A DNA stretch of 41,483 bases from Polyangiales bacterium (GTDB lineage: Bacteria > Myxococcota_A > Polyangia > Polyangiales > Houyiibacteriaceae): contig JBATTM010000090.1 of NCBI GenBank assembly GCA_049670545.1, positions 1 to 41,483 on the forward strand, in the 5' to 3' direction. Positions within the stretch are counted from its first letter, which is position 1. Each line of letters begins with the position of its first letter. A program made the translations under genes and the position numbers. The notes beneath the pieces were generated by a model. The model ran no database searches. It was given only the letters and a program-made list of their open reading frames with translations, and was not told where the DNA came from. Shown here in pieces: positions 33,815 through 41,483 of this stretch.

Positions 33815-35185
33815 CTAGAGGCCGGTGCAATCGTCGAGGCTGGAACAGTTGTCTAGCGCGCATTGTGCGCACTCTTGAGAGCCCGGATCGGCTGCGCATG
33901 GCTGCAAGCAGAACGACGTCGAGCATGCAGCGATCGAACCGTAGCAATCGGTGCACATGCGGGACAGCCCGCTCTGATCGGTGATGCACTGCGCGATGCA
34001 ATCGCCAAGTGCGATGCGTGCCGCGTCCGAGCCCCCGCTTGTGAGAACGTTCGTCAGCTCCATTCCACACGATGACGCCGGGCATTCCGCAGCGAGGCCA
34101 CCAATCACACCCACACCTCCGATGTCTTCGAGCGCCGCCTGGTCCGCGGCGCCGACGCACTGGTCGAGCGGGGTGTCGATCGGGCCACCGTTTGACCCGC
34201 CACCCCCGCCGCTGCCCGGGCCGCCCCCACCCTGCGCGATGAACGCCTGTACGCCACTGAAAATGAACATGGTCGTGAACGACGTGCAGATTCCAGCATC
34301 CTCATCGAACGCCGCGTCCGCGTGGGTGAGCATCGCCTCTTCAAACTCTTCGATCGTGAAGTTCGCGGCGTTGCCGTTGTCGGTCGTCGGCTTGCCGATG
34401 ATGTCTCGGATGTTGTTGACGTCCCAAAGGCCCGCGATGACGCCTTCGAATGTGTCCTCGCCGAGTTCGATGCGGAGCCAGCTCTGACGAATCACGAACT
34501 CATCTCGCACGATCTGGATGTTGATCGGAAAGATGAGATCGAACGGTCCGGCCGTCAGTACACCATCGACGATGCTGCCGCTGACCCGCTGCGTATGATA
34601 GGTATCATCCGGGTGCACGCTCAAGGTCGCGAACGGAAGCACCTCGTCGTTGGTCCCTTTCATGGGTGAGTCCTGGCTGCCGAAGATTTGGACGGAAACC
34701 TCGTCGTCGTTGGCCGGGTCGTCGACCCCCTGCACATCGAGCAAGATCGTCATCGATCCGTTCTTGACCGCGCCGTTGATCACCCCATCGACGATCTGGC
34801 CCTCACGGAAACCGCCGAAGAAGAACTCCCCGCTTTCCTTCATTCGGCTGTCGAAGATGATTCGCAGAAAGTTGTAGTCGATGCCCTGTCGTCCGTCGGG
34901 GGTCATGAAATCGTCGTGCGGACACTCGTTCGCCCCGGAAGAGTCCGCGCGGGAGATGCGGTTGTCGAGGTCGAAACCCGCGAACTCACTGTCGAGTCCG
35001 TCAGGATAGAAGAACCCGAACCTCGAAGCGACGTACCCCGAGGTCACCAACGCGGACGGACCCGTACCCCCAACGCCACCTGCGCCGACCGTGCCACCGG
35101 ATGCAACGGTATCGGAACCGCCACAGCCAAAGGCCACAACGGCAAGGCAGGCAAACGAGACAGCCACCAAGCACACACCACGCAT
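33815..35185 (-). CDS. secreted lipoprotein, distant third member of the paralogue family with Gly-rich linker and Cys-rich C-terminal module
   Basis: 456 aa with lipobox AFGCGG. It shares blocks with members 1 and 2 (GFDLDN; DGRQGIDYNF; ILLDVQGVDDPANDDEVSVQIF). After GGGGPGSGGGGGSNGG there is a ~110-aa tail with 14 Cys by my count. Confidence 0.65.
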   Translation of the reverse strand: MRGVCLVAVSFACLAVVAFGCGGSDTVASGGTVGAGGVGGTGPSALVTSGYVASRFGFFYPDGLDSEFAGFDLDNRISRADSSGANECPHDDFMTPDGRQGIDYNFLRIIFDSRMKESGEFFFGGFREGQIVDGVINGAVKNGSMTILLDVQGVDDPANDDEVSVQIFGSQDSPMKGTNDEVLPFATLSVHPDDTYHTQRVSGSIVDGVLTAGPFDLIFPINIQIVRDEFVIRQSWLRIELGEDTFEGVIAGLWDVNNIRDIIGKPTTDNGNAANFTIEEFEEAMLTHADAAFDEDAGICTSFTTMFIFSGVQAFIAQGGGGPGSGGGGGSNGGPIDTPLDQCVGAADQAALEDIGGVGVIGGLAAECPASSCGMELTNVLTSGGSDAARIALGDCIAQCITDQSGLSRMCTDCYGSIAACSTSFCLQPCAADPGSQECAQCALDNCSSLDDCTGL

Positions 35186-35224
35186 CGCGCGCGAGCGTAC
35201 GACAATCAGTCTATCGGCACAAAC

Positions 35225-36100
35225 CTACTCGGTGGGGACTTCCGTGAGCGTCACCCACCCGGTGAAAAACGCGTTGACGTCGGTGTCCGGATCAATCCCT
35301 TCGCGCTCGCAATTCTGCGTGCTCGTCAAAGGAAACCCGTTCGGGTTCTCGGTGGCGAGGGGGACTTCGAGCGGATCGAGGGGATTGCGAAGCGAGTCTT
35401 CGCCGCAACTAGGGATGTTGAGGCTATCGATGGTCGCCGTCGTCAACTCGCCGGCCGCGATCGCGTTACGATTCTCGGAAAGCCAGAGAATCACTTCAGC
35501 CACCCCTGCTGGGAAATCCACGACGTTTCCATCGCCCTGCGACGAAGCCAGCGCGGGCACTCCACGTCGGGCTGCGGTCTTCGCCGCACCCACTGTGCCA
35601 GACACCTGAGAGAGAAACCCGTTCTCTCCCACGTTGCCGACGTTCTGCCCGTCGTTGATCCCAGACAACACCACGTCAGGAGGATCGTCAGCAGGGTAGA
35701 GGTTGTCGAGCGCGTAGTTCACGGCGTCTGCAGGACACCCATCAACCGCCGTGGCGGGAAAGCCACCGAGCGTTTCGTCCTCGAACGCGGTGAGCGCACC
35801 GCAGTCGGTCATGTCGCCGGAACCGCTGCGGTTCATGTCGGGCGCACAGACGACCACTTCATTGGCCGGGTTCTCGATGAGGGCCTCGACCATGGCATTG
35901 ATGCCCTCTGCGTCGAAGCCGTCGTCATTGGTGACGAGAATGCGGAGGGGCACATCGACCGAGCCACCCGCGCCCCCAGCACCTCCCATGCCGGCAGTCC
36001 CGCCGCTGCCGCCGCCACCGTCGTCGTCCGAACAGCCTGCCACCACAATTGTCGCCCCCAATAATAGAAGGCTCGCTGCTTCCCTCACGCGCGTGTTCAT
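35225..36100 (-). CDS. surE: SurE-family 5'/3'-nucleotidase homologue carrying a lipoprotein signal
   Basis: 291 aa. Signal plus lipobox LLLLGATIVVAGC, a Gly-rich linker, then the SurE signature LRILVTNDDGFDAEGINAMVEAL. Confidence 0.8.
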   Translation of the reverse strand: MNTRVREAASLLLLGATIVVAGCSDDDGGGGSGGTAGMGGAGGAGGSVDVPLRILVTNDDGFDAEGINAMVEALIENPANEVVVCAPDMNRSGSGDMTDCGALTAFEDETLGGFPATAVDGCPADAVNYALDNLYPADDPPDVVLSGINDGQNVGNVGENGFLSQVSGTVGAAKTAARRGVPALASSQGDGNVVDFPAGVAEVILWLSENRNAIAAGELTTATIDSLNIPSCGEDSLRNPLDPLEVPLATENPNGFPLTSTQNCEREGIDPDTDVNAFFTGWVTLTEVPTE

Positions 36101-36175
36101 GCCGCGATACTAGAAAGAAGGGCCGGCTCCGGCAAGAGGCTTGCCTCGACCGACGCGCGCGAGGAGTATGACCCG

Positions 36176-36997
36176 ATGGGTGAGCCAATCATCGATGCGT
36201 GGATCCAACACCCGACCAAGGAGTTCATGCATCACGACATGTTCGGGTCGCTCCGGCGATGGATGAAGGTGGAGGCGATCCCTGACGAGATTCCGGTAGG
36301 ATTGACCCTTGGCGCAATGGATGCGGCGGGCATCGGGCGCGCGTTGCTGTCCGCGTGGTGGGGCCCGTCGGGCGCACTCTTGTCGAACGATGAAGTCGCA
36401 GCTGCGACGCGAGCCCAACCGGAGCGCCTGATCGGCGTCGCCTCCGTGAATCTGTATCGACCCATGGATGCGGTGCGCGAACTTCGCCGGTGCGTCAAGG
36501 ACCTCGGATTCGTCGCAGTGCGACAGTTGCCTTGGCTGTGGGGTCTCCCCCCGAACGACCGTAGGTACTACCCGATCTACGCAGAGTGCGTAGAGCTTGG
36601 GGTCCCGTTCTGCCTGCAGGTGGGTCACGCTGGGCCACTCCTCCCGAGCGACCCGGGTCGGCCGATTCCTTATCTCGACGAGGTCGCCTGCGAGTTCCCG
36701 GAGCTTCGAATCGTGGGTGGGCATATCGGCTACCCCTGGACCGACGAGATGATCGCGCTCGCGACAAAGTACCCAAACGTGTACATCGACACGTCGGCGT
36801 ACACCCCCGAACGGTATCCGGATGCCCTCGTGAAATTCTTGCGCGGCCCAGGGCTTCGCAAGGTCTTGTTTGGCAGCAATTGGCCCATGATCCCGCCCGC
36901 GAAGTGCATCGCCCAGCTCGACACCTTGGGGCTGTCCGATGAAGGCCGGCGTGCGTTTCTCCACGACAACGCCGCGCACGTGTTCAACCTCGATTGA
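36176..36997 (+). CDS. amidohydrolase-2 (ACMSD-like metal-dependent hydrolase/decarboxylase) family protein
   Basis: 273 aa with GAGGAG SD. It has IIDAWIQHP… at the N-terminus, GHIGYPW, and C-terminal LFGSNWPMIPP…FLHDNAAHVFNL, typical of the PF04909-type family (from memory). Confidence 0.75.
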   Translation: MGEPIIDAWIQHPTKEFMHHDMFGSLRRWMKVEAIPDEIPVGLTLGAMDAAGIGRALLSAWWGPSGALLSNDEVAAATRAQPERLIGVASVNLYRPMDAVRELRRCVKDLGFVAVRQLPWLWGLPPNDRRYYPIYAECVELGVPFCLQVGHAGPLLPSDPGRPIPYLDEVACEFPELRIVGGHIGYPWTDEMIALATKYPNVYIDTSAYTPERYPDALVKFLRGPGLRKVLFGSNWPMIPPAKCIAQLDTLGLSDEGRRAFLHDNAAHVFNLD

Positions 36998-37077
36998 AAT
37001 CGACATCTTCGCGGCGGTTCCGTGCTCTGATACGCTGCGAAGGGCAGTTGACTAGTGCCGTCACCAAAGGAGAAGGC

Positions 37078-37437
37078 ATGGGCGATGAGGAAATCGGGGT
37101 CGTGGGAACGTTGATCTGGCTTGTCGTCGTCGCGTTCTACGTGGTGGTCGCCTGGAAGATCTTCGAGAAGGCCGGCAAGCCCGGATGGGCGGCGATCATC
37201 CCGGTTTACAATGTGATCGTGATTCTGGAAATCGTCGGGCGGCCGATTTGGTGGATCTTTCTGCTGTTGATTCCGCTCGTCGGTGTCGTCGTCTCCGTCA
37301 TTCTCTCGATCGACCTCGCCAAGTCCTTTGGTCATGGAGCTCTGTACGGGTTCGGGCTCGCGTTCCTGAGTTTCGTGTTTGGCCCGATTCTCGCGTTCGG
37401 CAGCGACACCTATCAGGGTCCCTCCGCGCCTGGGTGA
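37078..37437 (+). CDS. DUF5684-type small membrane protein
   Basis: Trimmed to the ATG at 37078 (AAAGGAGAAGG SD). WKIFEKAGKPGWAAIIPVYNVIVILEIVGRPIWWIFLLLIP is the characteristic motif of this family. Confidence 0.7.
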   Translation: MGDEEIGVVGTLIWLVVVAFYVVVAWKIFEKAGKPGWAAIIPVYNVIVILEIVGRPIWWIFLLLIPLVGVVVSVILSIDLAKSFGHGALYGFGLAFLSFVFGPILAFGSDTYQGPSAPG

Positions 37438-37521
37438 CGAGAACTCGCAACGAAACGCTTCCGAAACAACGTCGCCGACACGATTGCTCAGGTCTCCTCT
37501 GCGGGCTAGAACGATCACGAT

Positions 37522-38797
<1,276 letters not shown>

Positions 38798-38799
<2 letters not shown>

Positions 38800-38831
38800 A
38801 AGGGGACAGTCCCCTTTTACGAGGGGTTAAT
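38798..38831. repeat. third copy of the GGGGACAGTCCCC palindromic element; bidirectional terminator-like between gltA and the converging gene
   Basis: AAAAGGGGACAGTCCCCTTTTACGAGGGGTTAAT matches copy 28949-28982 at 32 of 34 positions and the reverse complement of 28991-29026 at 31 of 34 (hand count). The hairpin is followed by TTTT. It overlaps the gltA TAA stop. Confidence 0.75.
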
Positions 38832-38837
38832 TACGCT

Positions 38838-39269
38838 CTACGGCATGTTGTAGACGTAGCTCTTCTCTTCAACCCGTTTGGCGATTCGCCAACCGGCGGA
38901 AGTGCGGCGGTATTCGTCGATGTACCAAAGCCCGCACATGAAGATGTGAGTCTTATCATCCGGCATGTTCATCTCCTGAGGATTGAAGCACATGACCCGA
39001 CCGGTGGCAGTATCGCCGTCGACGGTGATCTGCACGTTGGTGTTTAGGTGTTGGTGGTTCGGAAACATCACCAACACCTTGTTCAAGAACTCGATGATTG
39101 CATCGCGCCCACCGACCGGAGCCCCGAACGCACTGTAGTCGATGTGAGCGTCCTCCGTGAAGACCTCACGTAGATCGTCGCACCGCTTCTGGTCGACGAT
39201 GGCCGAGTAGTTGAACACCAAGTCTTGGATCTCGAGGCGATCCGAGATCTCCTGCAGCGAGAGCGTCAT
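38838..39269 (-). CDS. SnoaL-like / NTF2-fold family protein
   Basis: Trimmed to the ATG at 39269 (GGAGGAA SD 5 nt upstream). MTLSLQEISDRLEIQDLVFNYSAIVDQKRCDDLREVFTEDAHIDYS follows the usual SnoaL_4 N-terminal pattern. Confidence 0.75.
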   Translation of the reverse strand: MTLSLQEISDRLEIQDLVFNYSAIVDQKRCDDLREVFTEDAHIDYSAFGAPVGGRDAIIEFLNKVLVMFPNHQHLNTNVQITVDGDTATGRVMCFNPQEMNMPDDKTHIFMCGLWYIDEYRRTSAGWRIAKRVEEKSYVYNMP

Positions 39270-39302
39270 AGGTTCCTCCAGGTGACGCAAAGTTGTAGCG
39301 CG

Positions 39303-39983
39303 CTAGGCGATCTCCTGCATCAACCAATGGTGAAGCGGGGCGAGCTTCTTCCATTCTCGTGCGCAGTATGAAGAGAACTTCGTACTCGATAGCTCGGCAG
39401 GCGCAGCTCGCTCGATGCTTGCAGAAAGACCGGCCTGCAAAACCAACTCCGCGCCGGCAGCGTTTCCGTTGAACCCGCGCGGTGGTTTCTTGTAGTGCTT
39501 CTCGGATATCGAATACCCCGCACGTTCGAGGCGTTTCACTAGCGAAGAGAGGACCCCCGCGGACTTCTCGTCGTTCATACGCTTGCGGTAGCGCGCAAGA
39601 GCTTCTTTCGCGAACCCATGAGAGCCAGCGCCAAGGTGGATTCGATCGTGCCGAATCCGCAGAAAGAACCCCGAGAGCGCCGTCTTGCGCTGCCCTTGCC
39701 ACAACCACAGGTCGACGTGGTCTTTGTAGGGGGTCTTGTCTTTCGAGAACCGGATGTCGCGATTCACGCGAAAGATCGATCCGTTGACGCGAGGCTCCCA
39801 AGAAATGTCGGGCGCGAACTTCTCGACCTTGGGGCCCACCGCCTCGATGAACGCTTTCGCGGGCTCCATGTAGTACGCCTCATACTCGCTTCGGTGAGCG
39901 TCAAACCATGCCTTTTCGTTGTGCCGCCCGAGGCCCCGAAGAAATTTCTTCGTCTCGGGGCCAAAACCATCGAACTTGCTCAT
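39303..39983 (-). CDS. DUF2461 (TIGR02453-type) family protein
   Basis: Trimmed to the ATG at 39983. MSKFDGFGPETKKFLRGLGRHNEKAWFDAH…IFRVNRDIRFSKDKTPYKDH are the family's conserved blocks. Confidence 0.8.
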   Translation of the reverse strand: MSKFDGFGPETKKFLRGLGRHNEKAWFDAHRSEYEAYYMEPAKAFIEAVGPKVEKFAPDISWEPRVNGSIFRVNRDIRFSKDKTPYKDHVDLWLWQGQRKTALSGFFLRIRHDRIHLGAGSHGFAKEALARYRKRMNDEKSAGVLSSLVKRLERAGYSISEKHYKKPPRGFNGNAAGAELVLQAGLSASIERAAPAELSSTKFSSYCAREWKKLAPLHHWLMQEIA

Positions 39984-40136
39984 AGGACACTCCGGGTCTG
40001 GAGGAATCCGCATCGTACGACGACTATCGACTGTCCGTCCATCCGGGGGAGCGATGTGCGTTCGAGGGTCGAACGGTCCACTCGTCGACCTCCGGAGGGA
40101 TGCTCGACGAGAAGAATCAAGTATCCTTCGAAGGCC

Positions 40137-40316
40137 TTGGAAGACACGGGCACAGTCATCTGTCCCTATTGCTTCGAAGCCGTCGAGGTATTCATCGACC
40201 CCGAAACGGTTGGCGAGCTGGTCCAAGACTGCGACGTATGTTGCCACCCGTGGCGCCTCGTGGTCGCCCGAACCGAAGAGGGCAGCCTCTCCCTTCACGC
40301 CGACCGCGCCCAATAG
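40137..40316 (+). CDS. CPXCG-motif small cysteine-rich (zinc-ribbon-like) protein
   Basis: It is in frame with track ORF 39618..40316. (L->M)EDTGTVICPYCFEAVEVFIDPETVGELVQDCDVCCHPWRLVVARTEEGSLSLHADRAQ fits the ~60-aa CPxCG…DCxVCC family. The only plausible nearby start is TTG at 40137. Confidence 0.5.
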   Translation: MEDTGTVICPYCFEAVEVFIDPETVGELVQDCDVCCHPWRLVVARTEEGSLSLHADRAQ

Positions 40317-40399
40317 ACCCGCGCCACCATCCCGGGGAAAAAGGGGTTACCAGCGGCGCCAACCAGGGTAGACTCGCCGCGTTTTGACTGGGGAGAAGT

Positions 40400-41386
40400 A
40401 TGCCTAGGATTGCTCTATGTTGCGCGCTGGCTCTGGGTCTGGCTCCGACCGTTCTGGCCCACGCGGACGACGAAGCCCTCGACACCACCGTGGTCGAAGA
40501 AGCCGGCGAGATGGAAAGCGAAGCAGCATCGTCGGGAGATGCGATTCCTGAGGAAGAGGTGGAGAAGGCCATCGCGACCTTCCATGGATACCCCACTCGC
40601 TTCGCGCGCCGCCCCCTCGTGTTGAACGAGGGCATGGTGCGAGCGGACAGCCGGATTACCGTCGGAGGTACCTTCGGCCCAGGGACGTTTTCTTCGCTCG
40701 ACATCGGCGGGGCGATCAGCCCGATCGACGGACTCGAGCTCGGCTTGAGTACGGAGCTCACGGGATCCGTGCCTGCGCCGGGCGGCGTCGGCTTGGTGTC
40801 GATCATCTTCTCACCCAACGCGAGCTACGGGGACATCCCGGTGTATGGGCGATATCAGTTCTACGAAGGCGACAGAGGCTTCCTCGCGGGCGTCGATCTC
40901 GTGATGGTCCTTCCCAGCAATACCGATTTCACCCTGAAAGCCGGGATCCCGATGCGTGTCATCGAGCTATTCGGCATCTTCACGATCGACATGAACGTCG
41001 ACTTCCTCTACCGCAACGGGAACGAGTTCGGGGGCCCGAGCAACAACACGTTCGACTTCGAGTTTGGAGGTGCCGCCGCCGTGAACCTCACCGACCATGG
41101 CTACGTCGAAATTGGAGGTGGCCTTGCGGTCGCCAACATCAACGGTGGTGCCGGCTTCAGCAACGTCGTGGAGCTTCCATTCTTTCTCGGCGGCGGCTAC
41201 ACGATGCAGCGCAAGCTGCTGGTCGATTTCTTCGCACAGTTCGGCTGGCTGCCACTGATGACCGCGAACACGCCGTCAGGGGCGACAATCGACCGCAGCA
41301 CGTTCAACGTGGGTGAAACCTGGTTCCTGGCAATCGGGGCTACGGTTCACACGAAGCCACTCTTCGGCAGCAAGAAATCGCGCTAG
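40400..41386 (+). CDS. secreted protein, possible outer-membrane beta-barrel
   Basis: 328 aa with GGGGAG SD. Signal peptide MPRIALCCALALGLAPTVLAHA, then an acidic linker. The rest is Gly/aromatic-rich with alternating hydrophobic residues, suggestive of beta-strands. No family was recognised. Confidence 0.5.
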   Translation: MPRIALCCALALGLAPTVLAHADDEALDTTVVEEAGEMESEAASSGDAIPEEEVEKAIATFHGYPTRFARRPLVLNEGMVRADSRITVGGTFGPGTFSSLDIGGAISPIDGLELGLSTELTGSVPAPGGVGLVSIIFSPNASYGDIPVYGRYQFYEGDRGFLAGVDLVMVLPSNTDFTLKAGIPMRVIELFGIFTIDMNVDFLYRNGNEFGGPSNNTFDFEFGGAAAVNLTDHGYVEIGGGLAVANINGGAGFSNVVELPFFLGGGYTMQRKLLVDFFAQFGWLPLMTANTPSGATIDRSTFNVGETWFLAIGATVHTKPLFGSKKSR

Positions 41387-41483
41387 CTGCTCGACTGCAA
41401 CCGATCGAGCAATGCCTTGGCCATGTCGGCCACCTCTTGGCGCTCGAGCTCACGTGACCCCTCGCTCTCATACGACGTCGTGT
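41383..41483 (-). CDS. 3' end of an unidentified gene entering from the right edge
   Basis: Hand translation of the minus strand is open for 33 codons (…TTSYESEGSRELERQEVADMAKALLDRLQSSS*) and ends at TAG (41385-41383), overlapping the converging gene's TAG. It is too short to classify. Confidence 0.25.
   Translation of the reverse strand, partial: TTSYESEGSRELERQEVADMAKALLDRLQSSS

Noticed and set aside
34688-36064. 458-aa plus-strand ORF (and 33981..34487, 35091..35609, 35751..36113) opposite paralogue 3 and the SurE gene
   Set aside because: It lies opposite a clear SurE signature and a signal-peptide lipoprotein. It shows the compositional bias typical of antisense frames.

Overview
GC-rich, densely coding bacterial chromosomal window with about 45 genes. 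I recognised no rRNA, tRNA, CRISPR array, transposase/IS or phage genes. All calls come from reading the supplied translations and the DNA by eye and comparing them with family motifs I remember; no searches or computations were run. Gly-rich lipoprotein linkers, many lineage-specific secreted proteins and SufBCDSU-type Fe-S machinery suggest a Myxococcota/Bradymonadia-like organism, but this is inference only. The ORF track uses ATG, GTG and TTG starts and takes the longest ORF, so many ORFs were trimmed to internal ATGs that match family N-termini and Shine-Dalgarno sites. Main blocks: (1) 0-5.1 kb: a lipoprotein fragment, a sugar epimerase plus ArnT-like GT-C glycosyltransferase, a degenerate glutamine-amidotransferase homologue and a tandem gamma-glutamylcyclotransferase fusion. 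(2) 5.2-11.9 kb: an Rrf2-sufB-sufC-sufD-sufS-sufU-sufT operon with overlapping stop/start codons, a sigma70-like promoter and a palindromic operator candidate, followed by an uncharacterised Cys-rich gene. (3) 12.0-14.6 kb: a tandem-USP gene divergent from a second cysteine desulfurase plus an A-type Fe-S carrier. (4) Three paralogous secreted lipoproteins of unknown function at 14.6, 18.2 and 33.8 kb, one preceded by a perfect TGTGA-N6-TCACA site. (5) 20.7-29.0 kb: a seven-gene same-strand cluster (LLM oxidoreductase, rifampicin-phosphotransferase-like PEP-utilising enzyme, DUF1015, MDR reductase, secreted hydrolase, pre-ATP-grasp-type ligase, small membrane protein). This is my best candidate for an undescribed system. 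(6) 29.0-36.1 kb: a minus-strand run (lipoprotein SurE, third paralogue, SDR, ALDH, TfoX-N, membrane protein, stand-alone TrpB2). (7) 36.2-41.5 kb: miscellaneous and housekeeping genes including citrate synthase. A roughly 34-nt palindromic terminator-like element occurs three times, twice as an inverted pair forming a 90-nt palindrome.
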